Of a stretch of DNA of 64,000 bases, positions 53,245-64,000 are shown piece by piece; position 1 is the first letter of the stretch; the number at the start of each line of letters is the position of its first letter. Source of the DNA: Octopus bimaculoides (lineage: Eukaryota); assembly GCF_001194135.2 (NCBI RefSeq), contig NC_068982.1, positions 111,844,231 to 111,908,230 of the forward strand, read 5' to 3'. The translations under genes were made by a program, and so were the position numbers. Under the pieces are notes generated by a model. The model was not told the origin of the DNA. It ran no database searches and saw nothing but the letters and a program-made list of their open reading frames with translations.

Positions 53245-53690
53245 GTAGGAGAAGAAGAAGAAGCAGAAGAAGAAGAAGAAGAAGAAGAAGAAGAAGAAGA
53301 AGAAGAAGAAGAAGAAGAAGAAGAAATGTCATGATGATGACGATTATGATTATGACGACGCTGTATGTAGTGGAGATTGACTGATACTTAGGTGAAAAAG
53401 TAGTAGTATTAACAGCAGCAGCAGCTGGAGTTGTGCAAGTAGGATGATGATTATAATGATGATGAAGCAAAAAAAAAAAAAAGTAGAGGAAGGAGGAAAA
53501 AAAAGAAGAAGCGGAGGAAGTAGAAGAAGAAATAGAAAAAGAGGAAGAAGTAGAAGAAATAAAGAAAAGAAGGAGAGAAAATGAAGAAAAAGGAGGAAGA
53601 AGAGGAGGAAGGGGAGGAAGAGGAGGAGAAAGAAGAAGAAAATGAAGAAAAAGAAAAAGGAGGAGGAGGAGGAGGAAGAAGAAAACTTGC
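53175..53690 (+). repeat. Compound (GCA)n/(GTA)n/(GAA)n/(GAG)n tract
   Basis: Directly visible; source of poly-E, poly-L and poly-S pseudo-ORFs. Confidence 0.95.
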
Positions 53691-54041
53691 TCTCATAATC
53701 TTAAAAAGAGTGCATTCTAGAAAAGAATCAGTTTACGAGTGTCATAAAAGTATGGAAATTAAATGCTCTTCTACTTGCACTAACAGGTGGGTAGCGGCCA
53801 TGCTGAAGCAACCTCATAAAAATACCGAATGACGAAGATAAAAAAATGGAATTTTTGTAAATTCTTACTGAAAGAGTGGAATATCAAAAGTCTCAAAATA
53901 TTCTCTTGCTTTATCGAATGGAGGATTTGAAAACACTTTAACTAAAGCGTGGAATCGAAACTCAAACACCGCGGCGAGGGAGTGAAAGCAGATGTTCTAA
54001 TCACTTGACTAACCATAAATCATCATCACCACCACCACTAC

Positions 54042-54086
<45 letters not shown>

Positions 54087-54117
54087 TATTATTATTATTG
54101 TTATTATTATTATTATT

Positions 54118-54320
54118 GAAGGCGGCGAGCTGGCATAATCGTTAGCATGCCAGGCGAAACGTTTTGTGGTATTTCGTCTGCCGCTACGATCTGAGTTCAA
54201 ATTCTGCCGAGGTCGACTTTGCTTTCATCCCTTCGGGGTCGATAAATTGAGTACCAGTTGAGTACTGGCGTCGATATAATTGACTAGTCCCCTCCTCCTT
54301 GTGCCTTTAATAGAAAAGAT
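54118..54320 (+). mobile_element. SINE family A
   Basis: gaaggcggcgagctggcataatcgttagcatgcc..gagttcaaattctgccgaggtcgactttgc..(att)n tail. Confidence 0.93.
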
Positions 54321-54832
54321 TATTATTATTATTATTATTTGATTAATCGTAAGGCTGAATCCATGACTCGTTCTCGATGGCAGGATAAATGCACAAAATG
54401 TTACGCACGCTCCACAAACCTTGTCCAAATTCTTATGAAAAACTCCGATAAGTACATAAAGGTCAGATTGACTCATCCATCCTAGAATAGGAAACGGTCC
54501 CTCCAATGAGAGTCCATTCAATTTCTGTTTACAAAATTTTAATCGCTCGCAATAGTGGACCAGAGACTGAAGTATAAAACACTTGCTAAAGATGCTGTGC
54601 GATGAGGTTGTATAAAAAAAAAAATTACGTGATTGCTAAATGAACTTGTTAACCACGCTGCCATCTATGCACCGTTTAAAGGAATAAAAAAAGAAAGTGT
54701 TAGATTGAATTTCTTTTACTAATTTATTTTTGAAATATTTAAAAAATATATTTCAGAGGCAGGTATCAATCAATCAATAAATCAATAAATTTGGTCTTTA
54801 ATCATATTTCATTGAACTATCAAATCATTCAG

Positions 54833-54907
54833 ACAAATTGATGATGCGGTGCCATTTCGTGCAACATAAATACAAAGTCACGTGCATCTGTCGCAATCAA
54901 CGACAAG
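54833..54907 (+). other. Candidate 75-nt symmetric phase-1 exon
   Basis: attcag| acceptor, AAG|GTAAGG donor, open frame KLMMRCHFVQHKYKVTCICRNQRQ; weak pyrimidine tract. Confidence 0.22.
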
Positions 54908-55259
54908 GTAAGGGAATGTAGACTGCTAATTATTTGTAAAAATATTGCAGTGTGCTGAGATAAGTTTGTTTCGTAATGACAAGGTTTCGACTTCAATCCC
55001 AAAGCGCAGTAACTTGAACGAATGTCTTCTCCAAAACATCAACTAATAGAGTACTCAATATATTTCTGTAGAGCATAGAATTCTTTATTGTTACATATAA
55101 AAAGTTGACAGTGGATTCAAGTTTTCGTGGATGATTGGCTTCTCCAAAAAGCTAATATGTCTGTCTCTCTGTCTAAACGATCTCTTATAATAGCAATATA
55201 ATAATTAAATCTATTAATATAACAACTAATTTCTCTTACCTATTTTAGATTGTACCTCA

Positions 55260-55478
55260 AGGCAGCGGACTGGTAGAATTGTTAGCACGCTGGGCCAAAT
55301 GCTTAGCGGCATTTCGTCCGTCTTTACGTTCTGAGCTCTATTTCCGCCGAGGTTGACTTTGCTTTTCATCCTTTCAGGGTTGATAACTTAAGTTCCGGTT
55401 GAGCACTGGGGTCGATGTAATCGACTTAGTCCCCTTCCCACCAAAAATGTGCTTGCCTTGTGCCGAAATTTGAAATTA
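55260..55478 (+). mobile_element. SINE family A
   Basis: ggactggtagaattgttagcacgctgggcc..gccgaggttgactttgc..gtcgatgtaatcgac..ccttgtgccgaaatttgaaa. Confidence 0.92.
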
Positions 55479-56424
55479 ATATTAAATTCTACTCTTAATG
55501 TTATTTTCGGTGATCCAAACATCCTTATCAAATCTTTTTACAAAGCAGATTGAACTTATTTACTTGTGTTCGTCACGTTTCGACGACAACCGTATCTTAT
55601 CAGTTTCTACACAAAAGTGTATTAAAAAAAAGCCAGCTCCTTATATATCTCTCTTTACAGTACCTTTGTTGAAANNNNNNNNNNNNNNNNNNNNNNNNNN
55701 NNNNNNNNNNNNNNNNNNNNNNNNNNNNNNNNNNNNNNNNNNNNNNNNNNNNNNNNNNNNNNNNNNNNNNNNNNNNNNNNNNNNNNNNNNNNNNNNNNNN
55801 NNNNNNNNNNNNNNNNNNNNNNNNNNNNNNNNNNNNNNNNNNNNNNNNNNNNNNNNNNNNNNNNNNNNNNNNNNNNNNNNNNNNNNNNNNNNNNNNNNNN
55901 NNNNNNNNNNNNNNNNNNNNNNNNNNNNNNNNNNNNNNNNNNNNNNNNNNNNNNNNNNNNNNNNNNNNNNNNNNNNNNNNNNNNNNNNNNNNNNNNNNNN
56001 NNNNNNNNNNNNNNNNNNNNNNNNNNNNNNNNNNNNNNNNNNNNNNNNNNNNNNNNNNNNNNNNNNNNNNNNNNNNNNNNNNNNNNNNNNNNNNNNNNNN
56101 NNNNNNNNNNNNNNNNNNNNNNNNNNNNNNNNNNNNNNNNNNNNNNNNNNNNNNNNNNNNNNNNNNNNNNNNNNNNNNNNNNNNNNNNNNNNNNNNNNNN
56201 NNNNNNNNNNNNNNNNNNNNNNNNNNNNNNNNNNNNNNNNNNNNNNNNNNNNNNNNNNNNNNNNNNNNNNNNNNNNNNNNNNNNNNNNNNNNNNNNNNNN
56301 NNNNNNNNNNNNNNNNNNNNNNNNNNNNNNNNNNNNNNNNNNNNNNNNNNNNNNNNNNNNNNNNNNNNNNNNNNNNNNNNNNNNNNNNNNNNNNNNNNNN
56401 NNNNNNNNNNNNNNNNNNNNNNNN

Positions 56425-56500
56425 CCCAGGGGCATATGGCGTAGTGGTTAAGAGGGCGAGCTACTAACCCCAAGATTCCGAGTTTGATTCCAGGCAGTGA

Positions 56501-56557
<57 letters not shown>

Positions 56558-56757
56558 TGATGATGATGATGATAACATCGAAAAATACCTTAGGAATGAG
56601 AACCCAGGTTCGAAATTTCCCCAAGACACCTGATGAAGGCTGGAGGGTATATCAGCCGAAACGTCGTGTTAACAAGAAACAAGATGAGGACAAATATCCG
56701 TCAAATGTAAAATAATGTAAATAATGTACATAATTCCTCATCTCTTAAATATAGAAC
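56425..56757 (+). mobile_element. tRNA-headed SINE-like element with an internal (AAT)n tract and a 3' hammerhead module
   Basis: A box TGGCGTAGTGG (56437-56447); B-box-like GAGTTTGATTCC (56480-56491); (AAT)n/(GAT)n; then the hammerhead scaffold; 9-bp IR AGATGAGGA (56682-56690) / TCCTCATCT (56735-56743). The left flank is a gap. Confidence 0.85.
56625..56670 (+). ncRNA. Candidate minimal type I hammerhead ribozyme with palindromic stem III
   Basis: GACAC-CTGATGA-A-GGCTG-gagggtatat-CAGCC-GAA-ACGT-C^GTGTT: complete core, 5-bp stem II, stem I of 4 WC pairs plus 1 GU, GUC cleavage triplet. Folded by eye. Confidence 0.75.
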
Positions 56758-56996
56758 GGTAGTGATTTTATTGGCAAAATAGCCCACCCAGTTTTATTAT
56801 TCGCTAATCAATTAATCAATTAATTTATTATTGATTTGTATGCCATAAATATTTCGTCACCCATGCATGCTTCTATAACTAACGTTACGTATTCAATCAC
56901 CTTCTCCTTTATTGGCAAAATGACCCACCAAAAGTACAACTGAATCGGTTTCAACATACAGTTTTACATCAAAGTTCTTGTAAAACAAATTTATAC

Positions 56997-57043
<47 letters not shown>

Positions 57044-57240
57044 GCCAGTCTGTCTGTCTATCGGTCCGTCTGCTTATCCATCTATCTAATACACATACAT
57101 ACATACACCATTTAAGCATATATGCGCATGTCTAGACATGCAACTATATACATGAAAATATATACATAAAACAAAACATACATGCACTGACTCCAAATAC
57201 TGCACACATACAAACATACATACATACATACATACATACA

Positions 57241-57274
<34 letters not shown>

Positions 57275-57744
57275 CATATATGCACAGAAGCAAAAAATAC
57301 CCTGCTGATATTGAAGTTTCAATGAAGGGACCGTTGGTCTAGGTTAGAAACCGGCCCTTCCTCTATTGGCAAGGAATCTTGAAATAAAACTGAATAATTG
57401 CATACACACACACATATATAAACATATATACATGTGTATACTTACATATCTTACGTGTTATACCATGTCTCAATACAAGGTATATTTTTTAGAGAAATCT
57501 CCAACGAAATATGATTAGTATAGCTGCGAAAACAGCAGTAAGATTGGGTATTCAACCTTTATAAAACACAAAATGTATATGTAGACGCTCGCGCGCACAC
57601 ACACATTCACGCACACATTCACGCACACATAAACATCACACAGAGACATAATTAACAAGAAGTACATTTGGATTTGCAAAGAGGAAAAAAGAAAAGTACT
57701 TCATACGTTCTGTAGTATATTAAATGCTAACATTAACTCTCTTT

Positions 57745-57882
57745 TACCACTGAGACCGCCTTTGCCTTTCATCCTTTCGGAGTCAATAAAAAAAAAAGTA
57801 CTAGTCGAACGCTGGAGTCGATGTAATGGACTTACCCACTTCCCCCAAATTGCTGGCCTTGTGCCAAAACTTGAAACCAATA
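57745..57882 (+). mobile_element. SINE family A, 5'-truncated
   Basis: ctgagaccgcctttgcctttcatcctttcggagtc..gtcgatgtaatggac..ccttgtgccaaaacttgaaacc. Confidence 0.85.
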
Positions 57883-58339
57883 TTAACTCTGTTTACATCT
57901 AGTGTCAGATTTTTGCCAAGTTTTATCAGAATTTATGTTTGATCATTTCAGTTCGACTACAAAGAAAGTTCTCCCATGTTTCTCCAAATCCACTTCCAAT
58001 GATGTTTTTTTAAGAAAAATAAATCCTTTAAATAAATTGAATTATGGTTTTTATTGTTTATCATCGTCTTATCAAAAGCTTCTTTGTCTGCCATTCAAAT
58101 GTCAACATCTTTGATGTAATGATATAAATATGCTCATATAAACAATCGTGCCAAACACTATACTGATAACGAACCAATAAGGAAGCCACTAGGTTGTTAC
58201 TCAGTCTACGAGAAATATCAGCCAAATGTCCCTAAAATGTAATCCCACTTTGGATTATGGCACAAGGCCAGCAAATTTAGGAGGGGGTAGTTTCTCTTTC
58301 TAACTTGCTGCCTCTTAGTCAATAAAATTCTTCTTTTTC

Positions 58340-58545
58340 CTTATAATATTGGCACAAGGCCAGTAATTTTAAGAGGAGAAGGCAAACGGTTATATCGGTG
58401 CTAGTATTGATTGATACTTTATTTTATCGCCCACTAAAGGATGAAAGGGGAACTTGAGTTCAGCAGGATTTGAACTCAGAACGAAAAGAGTCGGAATAAA
58501 TACTTCTAAGCATTTCGTCCAACGCGCTAAAGATTCTGCTAACTT
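58340..58545 (-). mobile_element. SINE family A, with an extra 3' tail fragment at ~58250-58290
   Basis: ttggcacaaggccag..ttttatcgccc..aggatgaaagg..ggatttgaactcagaacg..catttcgtccaacgcgctaa. Confidence 0.85.
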
Positions 58546-58844
58546 AATGTATTTTTTAGTTTATGTAATTCGATATAAACAAAAACTTAAATTCAATCAA
58601 TTTAAGGCAACATAACGCAATATGATGATAATGATAATAATTATAGTATATAGATCGTTACACATTGTAATGTTAGATGATATATTATACTCTGTTACAT
58701 AATATACTATTAAAGAAAATTATATCATAACTTATTTAATATAAAATTAAATATTATTAAACACGGTTGTTTAATGTTAAATAACATTATATTATGTATT
58801 GTTATATAATATAGATTGTTAAAAACATAATATTTAATACAGTG

Positions 58845-59040
58845 GATAGCTGGCAGAACTGTTAGCGCACCGGGAAAAATGCATAGCGGCATTTCGTCCG
58901 TCTTGACGTTCTGAGTTTAAATTTCACCGAGATCGGCTTTGCCTTCCATCTTTTCGGTATCGATAAAATAAGTACCAGTTTAGTGCTACGGTTGATGTAA
59001 TCGACTTACCGCCTCCCCAGAACTGGGGGAGACTGGCCTT
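58845..59040 (+). mobile_element. SINE family A
   Basis: gctggcagaactgttagcgcaccggg..cggcatttcgtccg..gataaaataagtaccag. Confidence 0.9.
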
Positions 59041-59629
59041 CTGATAATATACTATTAAATAATATTACATCGTTCATTAATAGAATGTTGGTTTAAATTC
59101 CTTGTAGTATTTAATTGCATCCACTTACGACTGTTTTCAAATTATGCCGTGGTCGGATTTCTCTTTTATTCTACCGTGGTGGCTTTAAAGGTCGGCATAC
59201 TGTTCCATCAACTAAATCTCTCGAAACTTTTATCAAACAAAAATGAAAAGAGACCCCAAAGCGTGTTCTTGAGTCAAACAGAAATTCATTTATGTTCGAT
59301 TTTAAGTTTCAGGTTGGTGAGGCGATAGGCATTGTAGAATGCCGGATGAAATATTCTAGCAGATGTATGATCAAATTCATAACCGTCATAACCATCCTGT
59401 CTCGTTTTCGGATATAAGTGTACCGCATATTACATTATCGAATATGTTCTTTCCTCCGGTGGTAGGACGTGGCTTAAAGGAGATTTGTCTGCTCTGCGTA
59501 GCAGATCAAGAGGCCACATACAGGCTTTCAAACTAGTTAATTGTAGAAGTGTAACATGTTCGAGTCAGTCGATAGAAAACTTCAGTAATATAGAGAAGTT
59601 TCACATTTTGGCCTAATATATGGAACTAT

Positions 59630-59848
59630 GTATTGGTTTCACATTTTGGCACAAGGCCAGCAATTTCGAGGGAAGGGTAAGCCGATTACATCGACCCCAG
59701 TGTTCAGTTAGGTACATACTTTACCGACCCTGAAAGGATGAAAGGCAAAGTCGACCTCGGTGGAATTTGAACACAGAATGTAGAGACAGAAGGAATGCCG
59801 CTAAGCAGTTCGCCCGGCGTGCTAACGATTCTTCTAGCACACCGCTTT
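59630..59848 (-). mobile_element. SINE family A
   Basis: ttttggcacaaggccag..gattacatcgacccc..gaaaggatgaaaggcaaagtcgacctcgg..cgcccggcgtgctaacgattc. Confidence 0.92.
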
Positions 59849-60608
59849 TATAAAGGAAATCATATATTAGTGCACAAAAGTAATGGATGGTTGAAATAGG
59901 AGAGCGCGAGAACAAAGTGTCATGCAGTGTTTATTTTTAATTCCTTAAATTCTGAATTCTAATCTTATCGAGGTCAACTTAATGTTTCTCGAAACGTTGT
60001 TATTGCTATTTACCATCAGCTTAACTCTGATGAAGGAGATATTAGTTAAAAGGCATTCCAATCGTCACCAATCAGTCTTTTTATTCAAATAGGTGTCTAT
60101 TACTTCATTAAGCAGGTTGTATGTCTTTCAATAAAAACAAGTAAAAAAAAAAACATACTGGGATGCAGCTTTGATTGTTTTTCTTCGGCAGGTTCAGTGA
60201 TCTCCTTAAGGATTTATCGTTTGGTCATACACATATCAGTCATTTGTTTTCCGTCAAATCGATGATGACAACTTATACATAGTTAAAAGATCAAACTGCT
60301 GAGGGTTAAGGTGTATGATGACTGATAAAATGTCAAGTAACCCGAAAGGTGTACGCAACACTGGAGAAAAGATGAGGGTTGAAATTTCTACTGACCGCAA
60401 GCCCTCTCGCTATTGGTTTCTTTCTAACCTCTTTTACTTCGTAGTAGAAGCCCAGTTCGCTTTACAAAATTTGGAGTCGTTTTTTTAATACGGCAAAGCA
60501 GAGAAATATCTTTTCTTTATACATTCATCGATTCTTCTATACTATATTTAGATACCCAGATATATCTAAACATGTACGCCAATAAACATATTACCAAACA
60601 CAGGTACA

Positions 60609-60654
<46 letters not shown>

Positions 60655-61159
60655 ACGTCTGTATTATATATTGTTGAGTGTGCGTGTGTACACATACATA
60701 TTTTACTATGTTTTTACCATAACTATTTCTCTAGTTGTTAAGTTTACTCGGACTTAAGTGTCATCAGTGGGAAAAAGCAGTATTTAAAATTTATGTACAC
60801 TTGTCATCACACTATGTGGTTAATTTAAAGAAGTATACATACATACTTACATGTATGCAATACATACATACATACACATACGCACAAACACAGACTCAGA
60901 CAGACATACACACGCACGCACGCACACACACATATACGATTTGTATATTTATGTGCATATATGTATCTATGTATATACAAAAATATGTACGTGTGTGTGT
61001 GTGTTTAAAAAATCTGTGTATGTGTGATTTTTTTTACAATCAATCAATGAATCAATCAGACAGTCAATCGATCTTATATATGTATATCTATATATTTAAC
61101 TCTTTATCCATTCAATATCTTTGCATGTAAGTTTCTATTGATCTACCTATCTACTAATA

Positions 61160-61262
61160 CACACACACACAGAGACACACACACACAGAGACACACACAC
61201 ACAGAGACACACACACACAGAGACACACACACACAGAGACACACACACACAGAGACACACAC
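61160..61262. repeat. 16-bp unit (ACAGAGACACACACAC)n, about 6 copies
   Basis: Directly visible higher-order repeat within a CA tract. Confidence 0.9.
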
Positions 61263-61478
61263 ACTTACACACATATCAAGCTCTTTCACCTCTTTCCCTC
61301 TGCCTTTCGCTGTCTATCTATCTATCTATCNNNNNNNNNNNNNNNNNNNNNNNNNNNNNNNNNNNNNNNNNNNNNNNNNNNNNNNNNNNNNNNNNNNNNN
61401 NNNNNNNNNNNNNNNNNNNNNNNNNNNNNNNNNNNNNNNNNNNNNNNNNNNNNNNNNNNNNNNNNNNNNNNNNNNNNN

Positions 61479-61515
<37 letters not shown>

Positions 61516-61579
61516 TATATACATACACACATATATATATATACATGTATACGTCTCTCCCCGTCTACCTGCGTGGCTC

Positions 61580-61641
<62 letters not shown>

Positions 61642-62509
61642 CATCCATCTATCTGTTCGTGCAGATTTATAAATTAGTTGTATTAGGAAGTCTTGCCTCT
61701 TGTCTATTCCATTTATGAAGAGTCTATTTTTATATATAATGTTCGCTCTGTATTTGAGATATATCTGGATATTAAACACTTTATTTTTCTTATCAGCTAT
61801 TTTATCTATAGGAAAAGAGTTGTTGGTTTCCATCTTCTTCTTTTCTATGGTATTTGTCTTTAATATTGAATTTTGTTTTTGCTCTGGCTATGTAGGGCAT
61901 GATTATTCGATTGATGACCCGGACCTTCTCTATTGTAATACTGAAATAAATCACCTATAACAACGCCAAAGGAGCAACGAACTTATTCATTCAGTGAACG
62001 GTTTTTTTTTGTTCTTTTTTGTTTTTTGCTTTTGTTGCTGTTGTTGTTGTTGTCTTTCGCCCATTACTTCCTCTTTTACTCTTTTCCCCCTCTTTGGTCT
62101 ATGTCCTATAGTGAAGCTGTGCAATATATGCAATTAACGATGGAACGTATTAATATCTGAACTGAACTTCTCTTCCCTCGCTACTTCCTTCCTTCTTTTC
62201 TTTCCGTCTTTCTTTCCTTCTTTATTTCTTTCGTTTTTTTTTTTTGTTCATTGAGAAAAAGAAGGAAAACTTTTCTTTTCGCCATCGTTCTAAAATACTT
62301 CATCATCTAATCTTTCGTATCCTCTTCTTTCACCACAACATCACACTTTTACACCTTCCTCGCAAGAACACCATTTCGAATTCGTTTTCTTTGGTCATGA
62401 ACCCCGTCCATGGTACACAGTTAAAAAAGTCGCACCAATTTCATTAGTCGTCTTTATCAATCCTGTTGTTTTCATTACTGTTGTTTGTTGCTGTTGCTAT
62501 TATTACTAA

Positions 62510-62544
<35 letters not shown>

Positions 62545-62658
62545 GTTATTCATATCAACTAAAAGGAAGTATGAGAAATGAAAAAAAGTGACATCGAATT
62601 GACATGAAGGTGTGTAGAATAAACAGAATTAGAGATATAGTGTGAAACAATGAAAGAA

Positions 62659-62706
<48 letters not shown>

Positions 62707-62788
62707 AGAGAGAGTATGGAGTGAGTTGTGTATGAATATATTATTCATGCATATGTATGTATGTATGTATATATGTATGTATGTATGA

Positions 62789-62820
<32 letters not shown>

Positions 62821-62843
62821 GTCTGTGTGTCTGTCTGTCTGTT

Positions 62844-62909
<66 letters not shown>

Positions 62910-62987
62910 CACATAACCAAATTGGACGAGATTATGTATATATCTTTATATACATACATACATGCGTACATACATACACACAGACAT

Positions 62988-63032
<45 letters not shown>

Positions 63033-63035
63033 CAG

Positions 63036-63076
<41 letters not shown>

Positions 63077-63457
63077 CATACATATATTATTATAATGTGT
63101 ATACGTATGTGAAGAGAGAGAGAGAGAGGAGAAGGGTAGAGAGATTATAGCGAGAAAGAGAGAGGGGATGGAGGGAGAGAGAGAGGGAGAAAGAGAGAGA
63201 GGTGGACAAAAAGAGAAAAGTGGCTGTATGTTAAGAATTATAAAACCTATGAAATCTGAGAGAAGAATTGAAGCAAAGCAAGAAAAGATAGGCTGGGTGG
63301 GATGGGGTTTGGTGAAGCGATGAGTGGTGGGGTGGCGGGAGAATTTTTATAACGGAGATGGAAGGAGAGGAAGAAGGAGGAAAGAAGCTGGCAGTAGAAG
63401 ATGGGACATGAGACAACATTCTGGTCAGCACCAAACCAGCGACGCCGAAATAGTCTT

Positions 63458-63672
63458 TTCTACTCCAGGCACAAGGCCCGAAATTTTGTGGGAGGGGGGG
63501 GACCAGTCGATTAGATCGATCCCAGTATGTAACTGGTACTTAATTTATCGACCCCTAAAGGATGAAAGGCAAAGTCAACCTCGGCGGAATTTGAACTCAG
63601 AACGTAAAGACAGACGAAATACCGCTAAGCATTCCGTCCGGCGTGCTAACGTTTCTGCCAGCTCGCTGCCTT
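63458..63672 (-). mobile_element. SINE family A, near full length
   Basis: ggcacaaggcccgaaatt..ttatcgacccctaaaggatgaaaggcaaagtcaacctcggcggaatttgaactcagaacg..ctgccagctcgctgcc. Confidence 0.94.
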
Positions 63673-64000
63673 CAACAGCGAAATAATGTTGATTCTAATG
63701 CAGAGTGCTGATTAATCGAATTCTTTTTGGCGGTTCTACTTTCTAGTCTAGTCTGATATTAAGTGCATTGGTGTATTGCTACTGTGATTGATGTTGTTGT
63801 TGTTGTTGTTGTATAGTCTCAGGTCATTCGAAATTATATGTACTTATTCATCATCAAAGATATTCTTCTTAGTACGACTGCCTTGCCTTATTCAAATAGT
63901 GCATCTGGGATTGTATTAAACATGTTATCACAAACAAAAGATGAAGGGGTGAGATTTGAAGGAGATTTACCTGCTATTTTTAGTATGTTGAACAACTACA

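Noticed and set aside
57310-57370. TCAATGA..GACC-GTT-GGTC..GAAACCGGC hammerhead-like layout
   Set aside because: Core 1 differs at essential positions (U4, G5) and the stem does not abut GAAA. It may be a repeat end but is not supportable as a ribozyme.
2988-61677. Long ORFs of 150-500 aa containing X runs or IYIY, CVCV, THTH, LSIY, RERE repeats
   Set aside because: They are translations of N-gaps and microsatellites, which lack stop codons; no coding evidence.

Overview
Eukaryotic, AT-rich, repeat-dominated genomic DNA. The microsatellite load, the recurrent tRNA-derived SINE families and about 19 N-gaps mostly flanked by (TA)n suggest an octopus short-read assembly (inference). I could not identify any host gene by homology, and most long ORFs in the track are microsatellite or N-gap artefacts. 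Candidate splice signals outline a minus-strand first exon (2185-2332) and a divergent plus-strand, long-intron unit with candidate exons at 5743-5847, 10944-10958, 31540-31755 and 54833-54907. Recognisable mobile DNA: more than 25 SINE copies of several families (two with clean 12-bp and 18-bp target-site duplications), a decayed FLYWCH-MULE transposon, two RTE LINE fragments, CR1-group RT and endonuclease fragments, a Tx1/L1-like fragment and a Tc1/mariner-type MITE. The main observation is that several unrelated non-coding repeats carry minimal type I hammerhead-ribozyme scaffolds of the kind known from Penelope-like elements and retrozymes. Two look structurally complete. One is in the 3' part of a tRNA-headed SINE-like element (56625-56670, +). 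The other has a compensatory U3:A8 core and sits at the apex of a long fold-back element (22487-22523, -). Two more fold-back elements have degenerate hammerheads at their centre of symmetry, and several isolated relics exist. All structures were folded by eye and activity is untested.
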